Origin: Podarcis bocagei
Taxonomy: Eukaryota
Assembly (NCBI GenBank): GCA_964188305.1
Contig: OZ076895.1
Strand: one strand, 5' to 3'
DNA length: 64,000 bases
How positions within the stretch are numbered: position 1 is the stretch's first letter; every line of letters starts with the position of its first letter. The position numbers and the translations under genes were made by a program. Under the pieces are notes generated by a model. It was not told the DNA's origin. It saw only the letters and a program-made list of their open reading frames with translations, and did not search any database. Positions 60,401 through 64,000 of this stretch are shown here, piece by piece.

Positions 60401-60645
60401 TAACTGCCCAAAGATACCCAATGGACTAAAAAGAACAAATGCACCATTGGCCCTTCCCCCCTGTGAACAGAAACTCAGAAGGTATATTTTAGATACTGCA
60501 GTAGGTACTTACTCCAAAAGTGGTTGAAAAGCAAGACTGTCTTTCACTTGCAGGTGGGTTTTCAAGCTCTGCACAATGTCATTCTGATAGTACACCAGCT
60601 GGTTGAAAGACTGACATTTATTGACTACCTGCCTGTAGAACGTCA
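3886..60645 (-). CDS. UTP20: UTP20 (small subunit processome component 20, DRIM), 59 exons in the window (exons 4-62 by human numbering); first exons lie beyond position 64000
   Basis: 59 GT-AG exons joined by hand with consistent phases: 8216 nt, no internal stop seen. N-terminal [25 protein letters not shown]...[17 protein letters not shown] and C-terminal [48 protein letters not shown] match vertebrate UTP20. Confidence 0.97.
4187..4332 (-). CDS. UTP20: UTP20 exon 61
   Basis: [24 protein letters not shown]...KQRALE; AG/GT. Confidence 0.93.
4766..5059. mobile_element. hAT-type non-autonomous DNA transposon
   Basis: TIRs CAGGGGTGGGGAAC / GTTTCCCACCCCTG; degenerate 8-bp TSD ccctaaag/atctaaag. 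Confidence 0.7.
5224..5350 (-). CDS. UTP20: UTP20 exon 60
   Basis: [24 protein letters not shown]...STYADQ; AG/GT. Confidence 0.93.
5749..6009 (-). CDS. UTP20: UTP20 exon 59
   Basis: [14 protein letters not shown]...[11 protein letters not shown]...PKDPLK; AG/GT. Confidence 0.93.
7348..7419 (-). CDS. UTP20: UTP20 exon 58
   Basis: [24 protein letters not shown]; AG/GT. Confidence 0.92.
7641..7837 (-). CDS. UTP20: UTP20 exon 57
   Basis: [26 protein letters not shown]...ELDKK; AG/GT. Confidence 0.92.
7898..8465 (-). mobile_element. L2-clade LINE 3' fragment with (TTGA)n tail
   Basis: Degenerate ORF2 C-terminal peptides [33 protein letters not shown] and [14 protein letters not shown]; (TCAA)n at 7898-7925. 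Confidence 0.85.
8597..8729 (-). CDS. UTP20: UTP20 exon 56
   Basis: [24 protein letters not shown]...LSNIW; AG/GT. Confidence 0.92.
8905..9661 (+). mobile_element. Solo LTR (757 bp) of an LTR retrotransposon/ERV
   Basis: Ends TGTCAGGG...CCCTGACA (8-bp inverted termini, TG..CA); perfect 5-bp TSD ACTGT at 8900-8904 and 9662-9666; AATAAA at 9588-9593; CpG-rich, so probably young. Confidence 0.88.
10167..10298 (-). CDS. UTP20: UTP20 exon 55
   Basis: [26 protein letters not shown]...YFKD; AG/GT. Confidence 0.92.
10598..10699 (-). mobile_element. Extreme 3' end of an L2-type LINE with (TTA)n tail
   Basis: (TAA)n at 10598-10652, then tttataccccgcccatctggctggg..cccagccactct; sister copies at 18073-18190 and 35392-35457. 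Confidence 0.7.
10794..10976 (-). CDS. UTP20: UTP20 exon 54
   Basis: [29 protein letters not shown]...WFKSDK; AG/GT. Confidence 0.92.
11033..11487. mobile_element. hAT (Charlie-like) non-autonomous element, 455 bp
   Basis: 15-bp TIRs CAGTGTTTCCCAACC / GGTTGAGAAACACTG (1 mismatch); perfect 8-bp TSD CTCTAGAC at 11025-11032 and 11488-11495. Confidence 0.92.
12437..12506 (-). CDS. UTP20: UTP20 exon 53
   Basis: [23 protein letters not shown]; AG/GT. Confidence 0.92.
13204..13283 (-). CDS. UTP20: UTP20 exon 52
   Basis: [26 protein letters not shown]; AG/GT. Confidence 0.92.
13452..13562 (-). CDS. UTP20: UTP20 exon 51
   Basis: [19 protein letters not shown]...VRIQCRQ; AG/GT. Confidence 0.92.
13794..13922 (-). 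CDS. UTP20: UTP20 exon 50
   Basis: [31 protein letters not shown]...AFGLLK; AG/GT. Confidence 0.92.
14755..14925 (-). CDS. UTP20: UTP20 exon 49
   Basis: [18 protein letters not shown]...[10 protein letters not shown]; AG/GT. Confidence 0.93.
15040..17394 (+). mobile_element. Internally deleted L1-clade retroelement (ORF1-like region + ORF2 tail + 3'UTR + poly(A)) with a nested DNA transposon
   Basis: Perfect 14-bp TSD TAGATCACATGAGG at 15026-15039 and 17395-17408; AATAAA at 17366-17371 followed by an A-tail; coiled-coil ORF1-like peptide from 15051; ORF2-like C-terminal peptide [27 protein letters not shown] at ~16847-16928. Confidence 0.8.
15340..16420. mobile_element. Tc1/mariner-superfamily (Tc2/pogo-like) non-autonomous transposon nested in the L1 derivative
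   Basis: TA|CCATAATTTTCGCTCCAAAACACGC ... GCGTGTTATAGAGCGAAAAATACGG|TA (21/25 TIR match); removing it restores the interrupted reading frame. Confidence 0.85.
17870..17986 (-). CDS. UTP20: UTP20 exon 48
   Basis: [26 protein letters not shown]...TDVK; AG/GT. Confidence 0.92.
18073..18190 (-). mobile_element. L2-type LINE 3' end with (TTA)n microsatellite tail
   Basis: (TAA)n ~18073-18133, then tttataccccacccatctaactggg...ctctgggcagcttaca. Confidence 0.7.
19028..19169 (-). CDS. UTP20: UTP20 exon 47
   Basis: [27 protein letters not shown]...ESGLR; AG/GT. Confidence 0.92.
19583..19749 (-). CDS. UTP20: UTP20 exon 46
   Basis: [25 protein letters not shown]...[10 protein letters not shown]; AG/GT. 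Confidence 0.92.
20026..20193 (-). CDS. UTP20: UTP20 exon 45
   Basis: [38 protein letters not shown]...LPLKE; AG/GT. Confidence 0.93.
20310..20500 (+). mobile_element. Degenerate tRNA-derived SINE (boundaries approximate)
   Basis: tRNA-like head agctcagt...agcatctgctttgca...aggtccaacccc and body gagctgctgccagtcagtgcagacaatattgagct. Confidence 0.6.
20742..20843 (-). CDS. UTP20: UTP20 exon 44
   Basis: [15 protein letters not shown]...[12 protein letters not shown]; AG/GT. Confidence 0.92.
21227..21383 (-). CDS. UTP20: UTP20 exon 43
   Basis: [24 protein letters not shown]...HGYQ; AG/GT. Confidence 0.93.
21582..21721 (-). CDS. UTP20: UTP20 exon 42
   Basis: [33 protein letters not shown]; AG/GT. 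Confidence 0.93.
21757..22114 (-). mobile_element. Full-length Sauria SINE
   Basis: The reverse complement begins gggacgcgggtggtgctgtagg and ends ggggtccctttaccgttaccttt; perfect 14-bp TSD CATCTCCAAAGTTA at 21743-21756 and 22115-22128. Confidence 0.93.
22545..22852 (-). CDS. UTP20: UTP20 exon 41 (acidic low-complexity segment)
   Basis: [14 protein letters not shown]...[12 protein letters not shown]; AG/GT; the phase-1 start fits the upstream exon. Confidence 0.88.
23278..23490 (-). mobile_element. CR1-type LINE 3' fragment (boundaries approximate)
   Basis: agaagaacagcctgcaggatcaggccagtggcccatctggtccagca... resembles the reverse complement of a squamate CR1 3' end (recall). Confidence 0.55.
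23652..23731 (-). CDS. UTP20: UTP20 exon 40
   Basis: [26 protein letters not shown]; AG/GT. Confidence 0.92.
24320..24459 (-). CDS. UTP20: UTP20 exon 39
   Basis: [31 protein letters not shown]...QKLGV; AG/GT. Confidence 0.92.
25439..25576 (-). CDS. UTP20: UTP20 exon 38
   Basis: [18 protein letters not shown]...FDEKMLK; AG/GT. Confidence 0.93.
26054..26194 (-). CDS. UTP20: UTP20 exon 37
   Basis: [17 protein letters not shown]...[14 protein letters not shown]; AG/GT. Confidence 0.93.
27149..27304 (-). CDS. UTP20: UTP20 exon 36
   Basis: [21 protein letters not shown]...RKGLKSKTE; AG/GT. Confidence 0.92.
28208..28360 (-). CDS. UTP20: UTP20 exon 35
   Basis: [22 protein letters not shown]...MHNCFYTIQ; AG/GT. 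Confidence 0.93.
28452..28502 (-). CDS. UTP20: UTP20 exon 34
   Basis: [17 protein letters not shown]; AG/GT. Confidence 0.88.
29081..29224 (-). CDS. UTP20: UTP20 exon 33
   Basis: [48 protein letters not shown]; AG/GT. Confidence 0.93.
30083..30170 (-). CDS. UTP20: UTP20 exon 32
   Basis: [29 protein letters not shown]; AG/GT. Confidence 0.92.
30865..31120. mobile_element. Tigger/pogo-like MITE with a degraded left end
   Basis: Colinear with the copy at 49852-50100 (acgtggcaaacctggaagtatttttcc ... caaccagaggtaccact). Confidence 0.75.
31224..31368 (-). CDS. UTP20: UTP20 exon 31
   Basis: [22 protein letters not shown]...KELNILS; AG/GT. Confidence 0.92.
32223..32307 (+). mobile_element. 85-bp severely 5'-truncated L1-type insertion
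   Basis: Perfect 20-bp TSD GAAAACTGACAGAGATCCTT at 32203-32222 and 32308-32327; T-rich body, AATAAA and A-tail. Confidence 0.85.
33438..33664 (-). CDS. UTP20: UTP20 exon 30
   Basis: [28 protein letters not shown]...DETTE; AG/GT. Confidence 0.92.
34286..34327. repeat. (AC)n microsatellite
   Basis: About 21 perfect AC units. Confidence 0.95.
34391..34470 (-). CDS. UTP20: UTP20 exon 29
   Basis: [26 protein letters not shown]; AG/GT. Confidence 0.92.
35392..35457 (-). mobile_element. Extreme 3' end of an L2-type LINE with (TTA)n tail
   Basis: (TAA)n, then tttataccccgcccatctggctgggtttccccagccactct. Confidence 0.7.
35626..35769 (-). CDS. UTP20: UTP20 exon 28
   Basis: [24 protein letters not shown]...HAVVWPQ; AG/GT. 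Confidence 0.93.
37627..37835 (-). CDS. UTP20: UTP20 exon 27
   Basis: [39 protein letters not shown]...QEREK; AG/GT. Confidence 0.93.
38103..38344. mobile_element. Tigger/pogo-like MITE
   Basis: TA|CAGTGGTACCTCAGG...CCTGAGATACCACTG|TA; inverted relative to 3048-3273. Confidence 0.85.
38620..38919 (-). mobile_element. Older, 5'-truncated Sauria SINE
   Basis: aaaggtaaaggtaaaggacccctggacagttaagtccagtc...tacctatttatctacttgcact; diverged from the copy at 21757. Confidence 0.8.
39312..39478 (-). CDS. UTP20: UTP20 exon 26
   Basis: [33 protein letters not shown]...VKHFGN; AG/GT. Confidence 0.93.
40144..40269 (-). CDS. UTP20: UTP20 exon 25
   Basis: [24 protein letters not shown]...VPVLM; AG/GT. 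Confidence 0.93.
40719..40804 (-). CDS. UTP20: UTP20 exon 24
   Basis: [28 protein letters not shown]; AG/GT. Confidence 0.93.
41545..41635 (-). CDS. UTP20: UTP20 exon 23
   Basis: [30 protein letters not shown]; AG/GT. Confidence 0.93.
42908..43054 (-). mobile_element. Short SINE with a tRNA-derived head and CR1-type tail
   Basis: Minus strand reads tagttggttagagcatggtgct...ggtttgatcccc...ggtcccttccaac...gattctatgatt. Confidence 0.7.
43449..43667 (-). CDS. UTP20: UTP20 exon 22
   Basis: [19 protein letters not shown]...KKKTRRAAS; AG/GT. Confidence 0.92.
43712..43993. mobile_element. hAT-type MITE, 282 bp
   Basis: Ends CAGGGGTCAACAA / TTGCCAACCCCTG; perfect 8-bp TSD GGCTAGAA at 43704-43711 and 43994-44001. 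Confidence 0.88.
44786..45029 (-). CDS. UTP20: UTP20 exon 21
   Basis: [10 protein letters not shown]...[35 protein letters not shown]; AG/GT. Confidence 0.92.
45856..45935 (-). CDS. UTP20: UTP20 exon 20
   Basis: [26 protein letters not shown]; AG/GT. Confidence 0.92.
46956..47032 (-). CDS. UTP20: UTP20 exon 19
   Basis: [25 protein letters not shown]; AG/GT. Confidence 0.93.
48294..48452 (-). CDS. UTP20: UTP20 exon 18
   Basis: [40 protein letters not shown]...GPLQE; AG/GT. Confidence 0.92.
48566..48771. mobile_element. Tc2/pogo-like MITE
   Basis: TA|CCGTATTCACTCGAATTTAATGTGCACC ... GGTGCATTAAGATTCACATAAATACGG|TA; internal repeats gcattagatttga. Confidence 0.8.
49148..49210 (-). CDS. UTP20: UTP20 exon 17
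   Basis: [21 protein letters not shown]; AG/GT. Confidence 0.9.
49655..49805 (-). CDS. UTP20: UTP20 exon 16
   Basis: [24 protein letters not shown]...NISSSISK; AG/GT. Confidence 0.92.
49852..50100. mobile_element. Tigger/pogo-like MITE, 249 bp
   Basis: TA|CAGTGGTACC...GGTACCACTG|TA. Confidence 0.85.
50336..50441 (-). CDS. UTP20: UTP20 exon 15
   Basis: [34 protein letters not shown]; AG/GT. Confidence 0.92.
50693..50781 (-). CDS. UTP20: UTP20 exon 14
   Basis: [29 protein letters not shown]; AG/GT, phases fit. Confidence 0.88.
52953..53108 (-). CDS. UTP20: UTP20 exon 13
   Basis: [25 protein letters not shown]...[11 protein letters not shown]; AG/GT. Confidence 0.9.
53379..53722 (+). mobile_element. 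Full-length Sauria SINE
   Basis: gggacgcgggtggcgctgtgggttaaacc...ggttcgaatccc (A/B boxes)...ggggtccctttacctttta; 15-bp TSD CCTTTCCCACAGATA at 53364-53378 and 53723-53737. Confidence 0.93.
53769..53947 (-). CDS. UTP20: UTP20 exon 12
   Basis: [12 protein letters not shown]...[31 protein letters not shown]; AG/GT. Confidence 0.92.
54041..54118 (-). CDS. UTP20: UTP20 exon 11
   Basis: [26 protein letters not shown]; AG/GT. Confidence 0.9.
54880..55014 (-). CDS. UTP20: UTP20 exon 10
   Basis: [32 protein letters not shown]...EIVEK; AG/GT. Confidence 0.91.
55494..55738 (-). mobile_element. tRNA-derived MIR/CORE-like squamate SINE (older relatives at ~39665-39836, 57145-57378, 63440-63630)
   Basis: Minus strand: gggagccagtgtggtgtagtggttaagagc...gggttcgcg...gggtgaccttgggccagtcac...gcgggatatcaaatccaaactcttctt. 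Confidence 0.8.
56070..56216 (-). CDS. UTP20: UTP20 exon 9
   Basis: [29 protein letters not shown]...EEVCK; AG/GT. Confidence 0.91.
56708..56863 (-). CDS. UTP20: UTP20 exon 8
   Basis: [28 protein letters not shown]...FFRCLQ; AG/GT. Confidence 0.92.
57388..57418. repeat. (AC)n microsatellite
   Basis: About 15 AC units. Confidence 0.95.
57667..57804 (-). CDS. UTP20: UTP20 exon 7
   Basis: [46 protein letters not shown]; AG/GT. Confidence 0.93.
59204..59285 (-). CDS. UTP20: UTP20 exon 6
   Basis: [27 protein letters not shown]; AG/GT. Confidence 0.93.
59763..59951 (-). CDS. UTP20: UTP20 exon 5
   Basis: [21 protein letters not shown]...[16 protein letters not shown]; AG/GT. Confidence 0.94.
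60206..60382. mobile_element. hAT (Tip100-like) MITE, 177 bp
   Basis: Ends CAGTGGCAGAG / CTCCGCCAGTG; perfect 8-bp TSD CTAGGACT at 60198-60205 and 60383-60390. Confidence 0.85.
60513..60645 (-). CDS. UTP20: UTP20 exon 4 (most 5' exon in the window)
   Basis: [43 protein letters not shown]; AG/GT. Confidence 0.93.
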
Positions 60646-61796
60646 CTGTGTTAAAAAGAAAGCAAAAAAACCTTAATGATTTGTTTCATGGAGTTTCAGG
60701 AACACTAATCTACTGAGTTCAGCAGGGCTTACTCCTAGGTTAGTGTGGATTGCATCAGTATTAGGCCCTAGAAAGAATGGCCAGCATGCATTACCCATGC
60801 CTTCCAGCTCTTGCTCATATTACAAGTCTCCCAGCTTTAAAGGCTCAAAGCCAGCAGGTGATTAAAAACCATATACCCATGGAGTACAATCCCAGCATGC
60901 AAGACCCGTAATGCATAATGGGGACACCCCCTCACAGCTCCTAGCATGGCTCACTTGCGTGACAACAGCCTATTCAAACACAGGCTCAAAGGTTAGACCT
61001 TTCTGGGAAAGAAGGAACTGACTGTGCATGAAGCTTTAAAAGTGGCTTGTCAGGTCAAATGATTTCTGTGCCAATTTCTCTCTCCATCTCTGTCTCTCAT
61101 ACATACACACACATACACACTCTAATTATCGTGAGCAAACAAGGGATTAACTGTGGCAAAGCTTTTGGCTGGAAGGTATGACTGGAAAATACTTGTTCCA
61201 CAAGGAAGAAAACTAAAATTTCTATTTTGGAAACAAGAAACTGTTGCTGAAATTTTATGAAAGCTTTGTAAAAGTGAAGAATAGGAACACCGTTAGCAGC
61301 TTTCTGCCCCACTCCTCTCTCATTACTGGAAAATGCAAAGCCACAACTGCAGATAGAGTGGAATGACTATAGATAGCGCTGTTCATCGAGATCTAGAACC
61401 CAATGCTGGAATTTGGGGTGAATTTGCAAGGCCATCCAACAGGTAAGTGCCACTGTGACAGAAGGAAGAAGAGGAGAGAGACAGAAATAAAGAGAAAGAA
61501 ACATATGGAAGCCTTTTTATTGTGCATAATGGTTTATGCTTACAATGCTATCGGGGTGATCATCCTATTTGTGTATGCAAACATTTTGGGACTCTCAAAC
61601 AGCTTAATTTCCATTCTGTGCGTATCCTGTGATCTCCCACTGAAATCCTGTAATCTTCCCTAACACAAAAATTTTGCCGAGGGGGGGGGTCTCACTTTTG
61701 CTGCACTGTCAGGTACACAGCATTGAACTAGTGTTGTAGGTACAGCACTGGCCAAAAAAAGTTTAGCACATCATTGCCAAGCCTGATCCAATCTCT

Positions 61797-62321
61797 CTTC
61801 ACCCGGTGCTATACCAGCTGCACTGGCTCCCGGTGGAGTACAGGATCAGGTTTAAGGTGCTGGTTTTAACCTTTAAAGCCCTATACGGCCTAGGACCCTC
61901 GTACCTACGGGGCCGCCTCTCCTGGTATGTCCCACAGAGAAACTTACGGTCTTCAAATAAAAACATCTTGAAGGGCCCAGGACACAGAGAGGTTAGGCTG
62001 GCCTCAACTAGAGCCAGGGCTTTTTTGGCTGTAGCTCCGATCTGGTGGAACACTCTGTCACAAGAGACTAGGGGCTTGACATCTTTCCACAGGGCCTGCA
62101 AGACAGAGCTGTTCCACCAGGCCTTTGGCCAGGGCACAGCCTGACTCCCTCCCTCGGCAATCTTCGCGAAGCTCTGGCCCAATGGTTGCCAGTGGCTTGA
62201 ATTAATTAATTTTATAATGAATGATTTTAGAGTGTTGTTTGTGTTGTACTTTTGTACTGTTTTATTGTTGTTAGCCACCCTGAGCCCGGCTTCGGCTGGG
62301 GAGGGCGGGATATAAATAAAA

Positions 62322-62370
<49 letters not shown>
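61797..62370 (+). mobile_element. 5'-truncated, young L2-clade LINE with (TTA)n tail
   Basis: Intact ORF2 C-terminus LYQLHWLPVEYRIRFKVLVLTFKALYGLGPSYL...RAFLAVAPIWWNTL...KTELFHQAF (61806-62144), then 3'UTR and (ATT)n at 62322-62370. Confidence 0.92.
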
Positions 62371-62371
<1 letters not shown>

Positions 62372-62393
62372 TCCAGCTAATGCTGTACCATTA

Positions 62394-62455
62394 AGTGTAG
62401 TGTAGTGTAGTGTAGTGTAGTGTAGTGTAGTGTAGTGTAGTGTAGTGTAGTGTAG
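62394..62455. repeat. (AGTGT)n pentanucleotide microsatellite
   Basis: About 12 perfect units. Confidence 0.95.
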
Positions 62456-64000
62456 AAGGGCTAGCCTATGCTGGTATAATGTGCCTAATCATCCCACGTG
62501 GACCACAGGTCATGATACTGCACTGATGCACCACTGATGGGATTGGGCTACTGAAGAACTTGTGCTGCTTATATCGACGCTAAGTTGAACAGCAGGAAAC
62601 ATCAACAAAACATCCTGCCACCTCTATTCTAGCACTGAAAATTGCACAAAAATCAGCACAGGAAAAGCAAGGCATATTCATCTGATGCACTCCATGTTCA
62701 AAATGTATACATATCACTAACTGTATATTAACTGATAGATTGTGTGCAAACCCTTACTCTCTACATACATTTCCAACCAAACAGCAACACTTTTATACAA
62801 CACACAATGAGAAGTATTAATACAAAATATTTTGGGGAAAAGATATACCAAAATGACGAGTAAGGTTCAGCTCCCTCCATTTCTCGAGTCCTTCATGAAA
62901 ATATGTTTCAACCTCCTAGCAAAATCAAGAGTGTATATTAGTTAATATATATTCATATGGAGCAGTTCAGGCTTGATTACTGAAGGAATGCTTAAGTAAA
63001 AAGCCTTCGTAGGGTGGTGCAATACTTATGAGGTATGAAGCACAACTGAATTATTCCATTTTTCATTTAAACAGTTACACAAGTGTTTGCAAAACTGGAG
63101 CTGTTACCTAGAAACAATTATAACATTTGAAAATAACTGAAATTGTCAAAAGCGTGCCAATTCTTATACAGCTGGTAATCACATATTACAATCAGAGGGC
63201 CATGATCCAACAACAGTGGAGCTGGAGGGAGAGGCTGTACAGACAAGATAACTTTCTATACCTTCTCTGGATTAGAAGTGATGTGTGCAAATAACAACTC
63301 AATATATAAATTCAGCACCCCAAGTGGACAAACAAACCTGTCTAAGACTACACCACTTGAAGTTGCAAATGGATGATCCTATGTTGGAATGCTGACCACA
63401 AAAGGGAGGATATATTTGAATGTTCAACTTACTTGACCTATAATATCTAGTTGCGATCTTCAGAACCACCCTGTAAGGTAAATTGGTATTACTGTCCCAT
63501 TTCAGGTGATGGGATGGGGCAAGGTGGAGAGACAGCATCTTATCTCAGGCCACCTAGTGATTTGATGGTAGAGGCAAGATTCTAATCAGGGCCATCTTGA
63601 GTCACAGCTGAGTCTCTCAATTTCTATGCTAAATGCGCAATCTCTCATGCAGAAAGGCAGCATGTCAAGGTTCTTTGCATAAACTTGTGCCTAATTTAAG
63701 CACACATTCATATTTATCATTACAGACTGCAAACAGTCCAAATAATGTGAACAAAGAAAATGAAGTATGCGTTGAAGTTTTCCCCATATTTTGAATCATT
63801 CTTTTCACATCTCCAGAAACAAAACATGTTTGAAAATAAACGTAACTCTGACTTACATATATAGGTTAAAAGCTATTTATTATTTTCCTACTACACAGGA
63901 CTCTAGGTAAATTCACATACTATTGCTGATCTGTTTCAGCAACTGGGTTGCCTGGCTGCCACCAATACAAAAAAAATGGCTTATGGACAAGACAAGAGCA

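Noticed and set aside
4042-60512. Intronic C/D-box snoRNAs (plausible in a ribosome-biogenesis host gene)
   Set aside because: The minus-strand RTGATGA motifs I noticed (e.g. ~12080, 12775, 39200, 41690, 55435) lacked a suitably spaced CTGA with a terminal stem. H/ACA RNAs cannot be judged by eye; an Rfam/Infernal scan is needed.
61799-62278. 159-aa minus-strand ORF as a gene
   Set aside because: It is the antisense frame of the L2 ORF2 C-terminus on the + strand.
60646-64000. UTP20 exons 1-3 or promoter
   Set aside because: No minus-strand match to the expected N-terminal peptides (e.g. ETYFFEGLLKWRELNLTEHF) and no CpG island; the region is intron 3 with repeats.

Overview
Eukaryotic (squamate reptile) genomic DNA; the Sauria SINEs and other repeats suggest a lacertid-type lizard (inference). 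It holds two convergent housekeeping genes. (1) The last three coding exons and 3'UTR of ARL1 (ADP-ribosylation factor-like GTPase 1) lie on the + strand (426-1885). (2) UTP20 (small-subunit processome HEAT-repeat protein) lies on the - strand (60645 down to stop at 3886). I traced 59 UTP20 exons by hand; all introns are GT-AG and all phases are consistent, giving 8216 coding nt. They match exons 4-62 if human numbering applies, with the first three exons beyond the window. The introns carry many mobile elements: Sauria and other tRNA SINEs, L2/CR1/L1 fragments, hAT and Tc1/mariner-type MITEs with target-site duplications (TSDs), and a solo LTR. The most unusual items are: a TSD-flanked, internally deleted L1 derivative (ORF1-like frame fused to the ORF2 tail) interrupted by a nested DNA transposon; a solo LTR with an open frame over most of its length; a templated duplication of a UTP20 splice donor at a LINE-tail junction; and a hAT MITE with a CpG-island-like interior. 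There is no CRISPR array, rRNA or bona fide tRNA gene, and I cannot claim a proven new biological system. Family names come from recall, not database searches.
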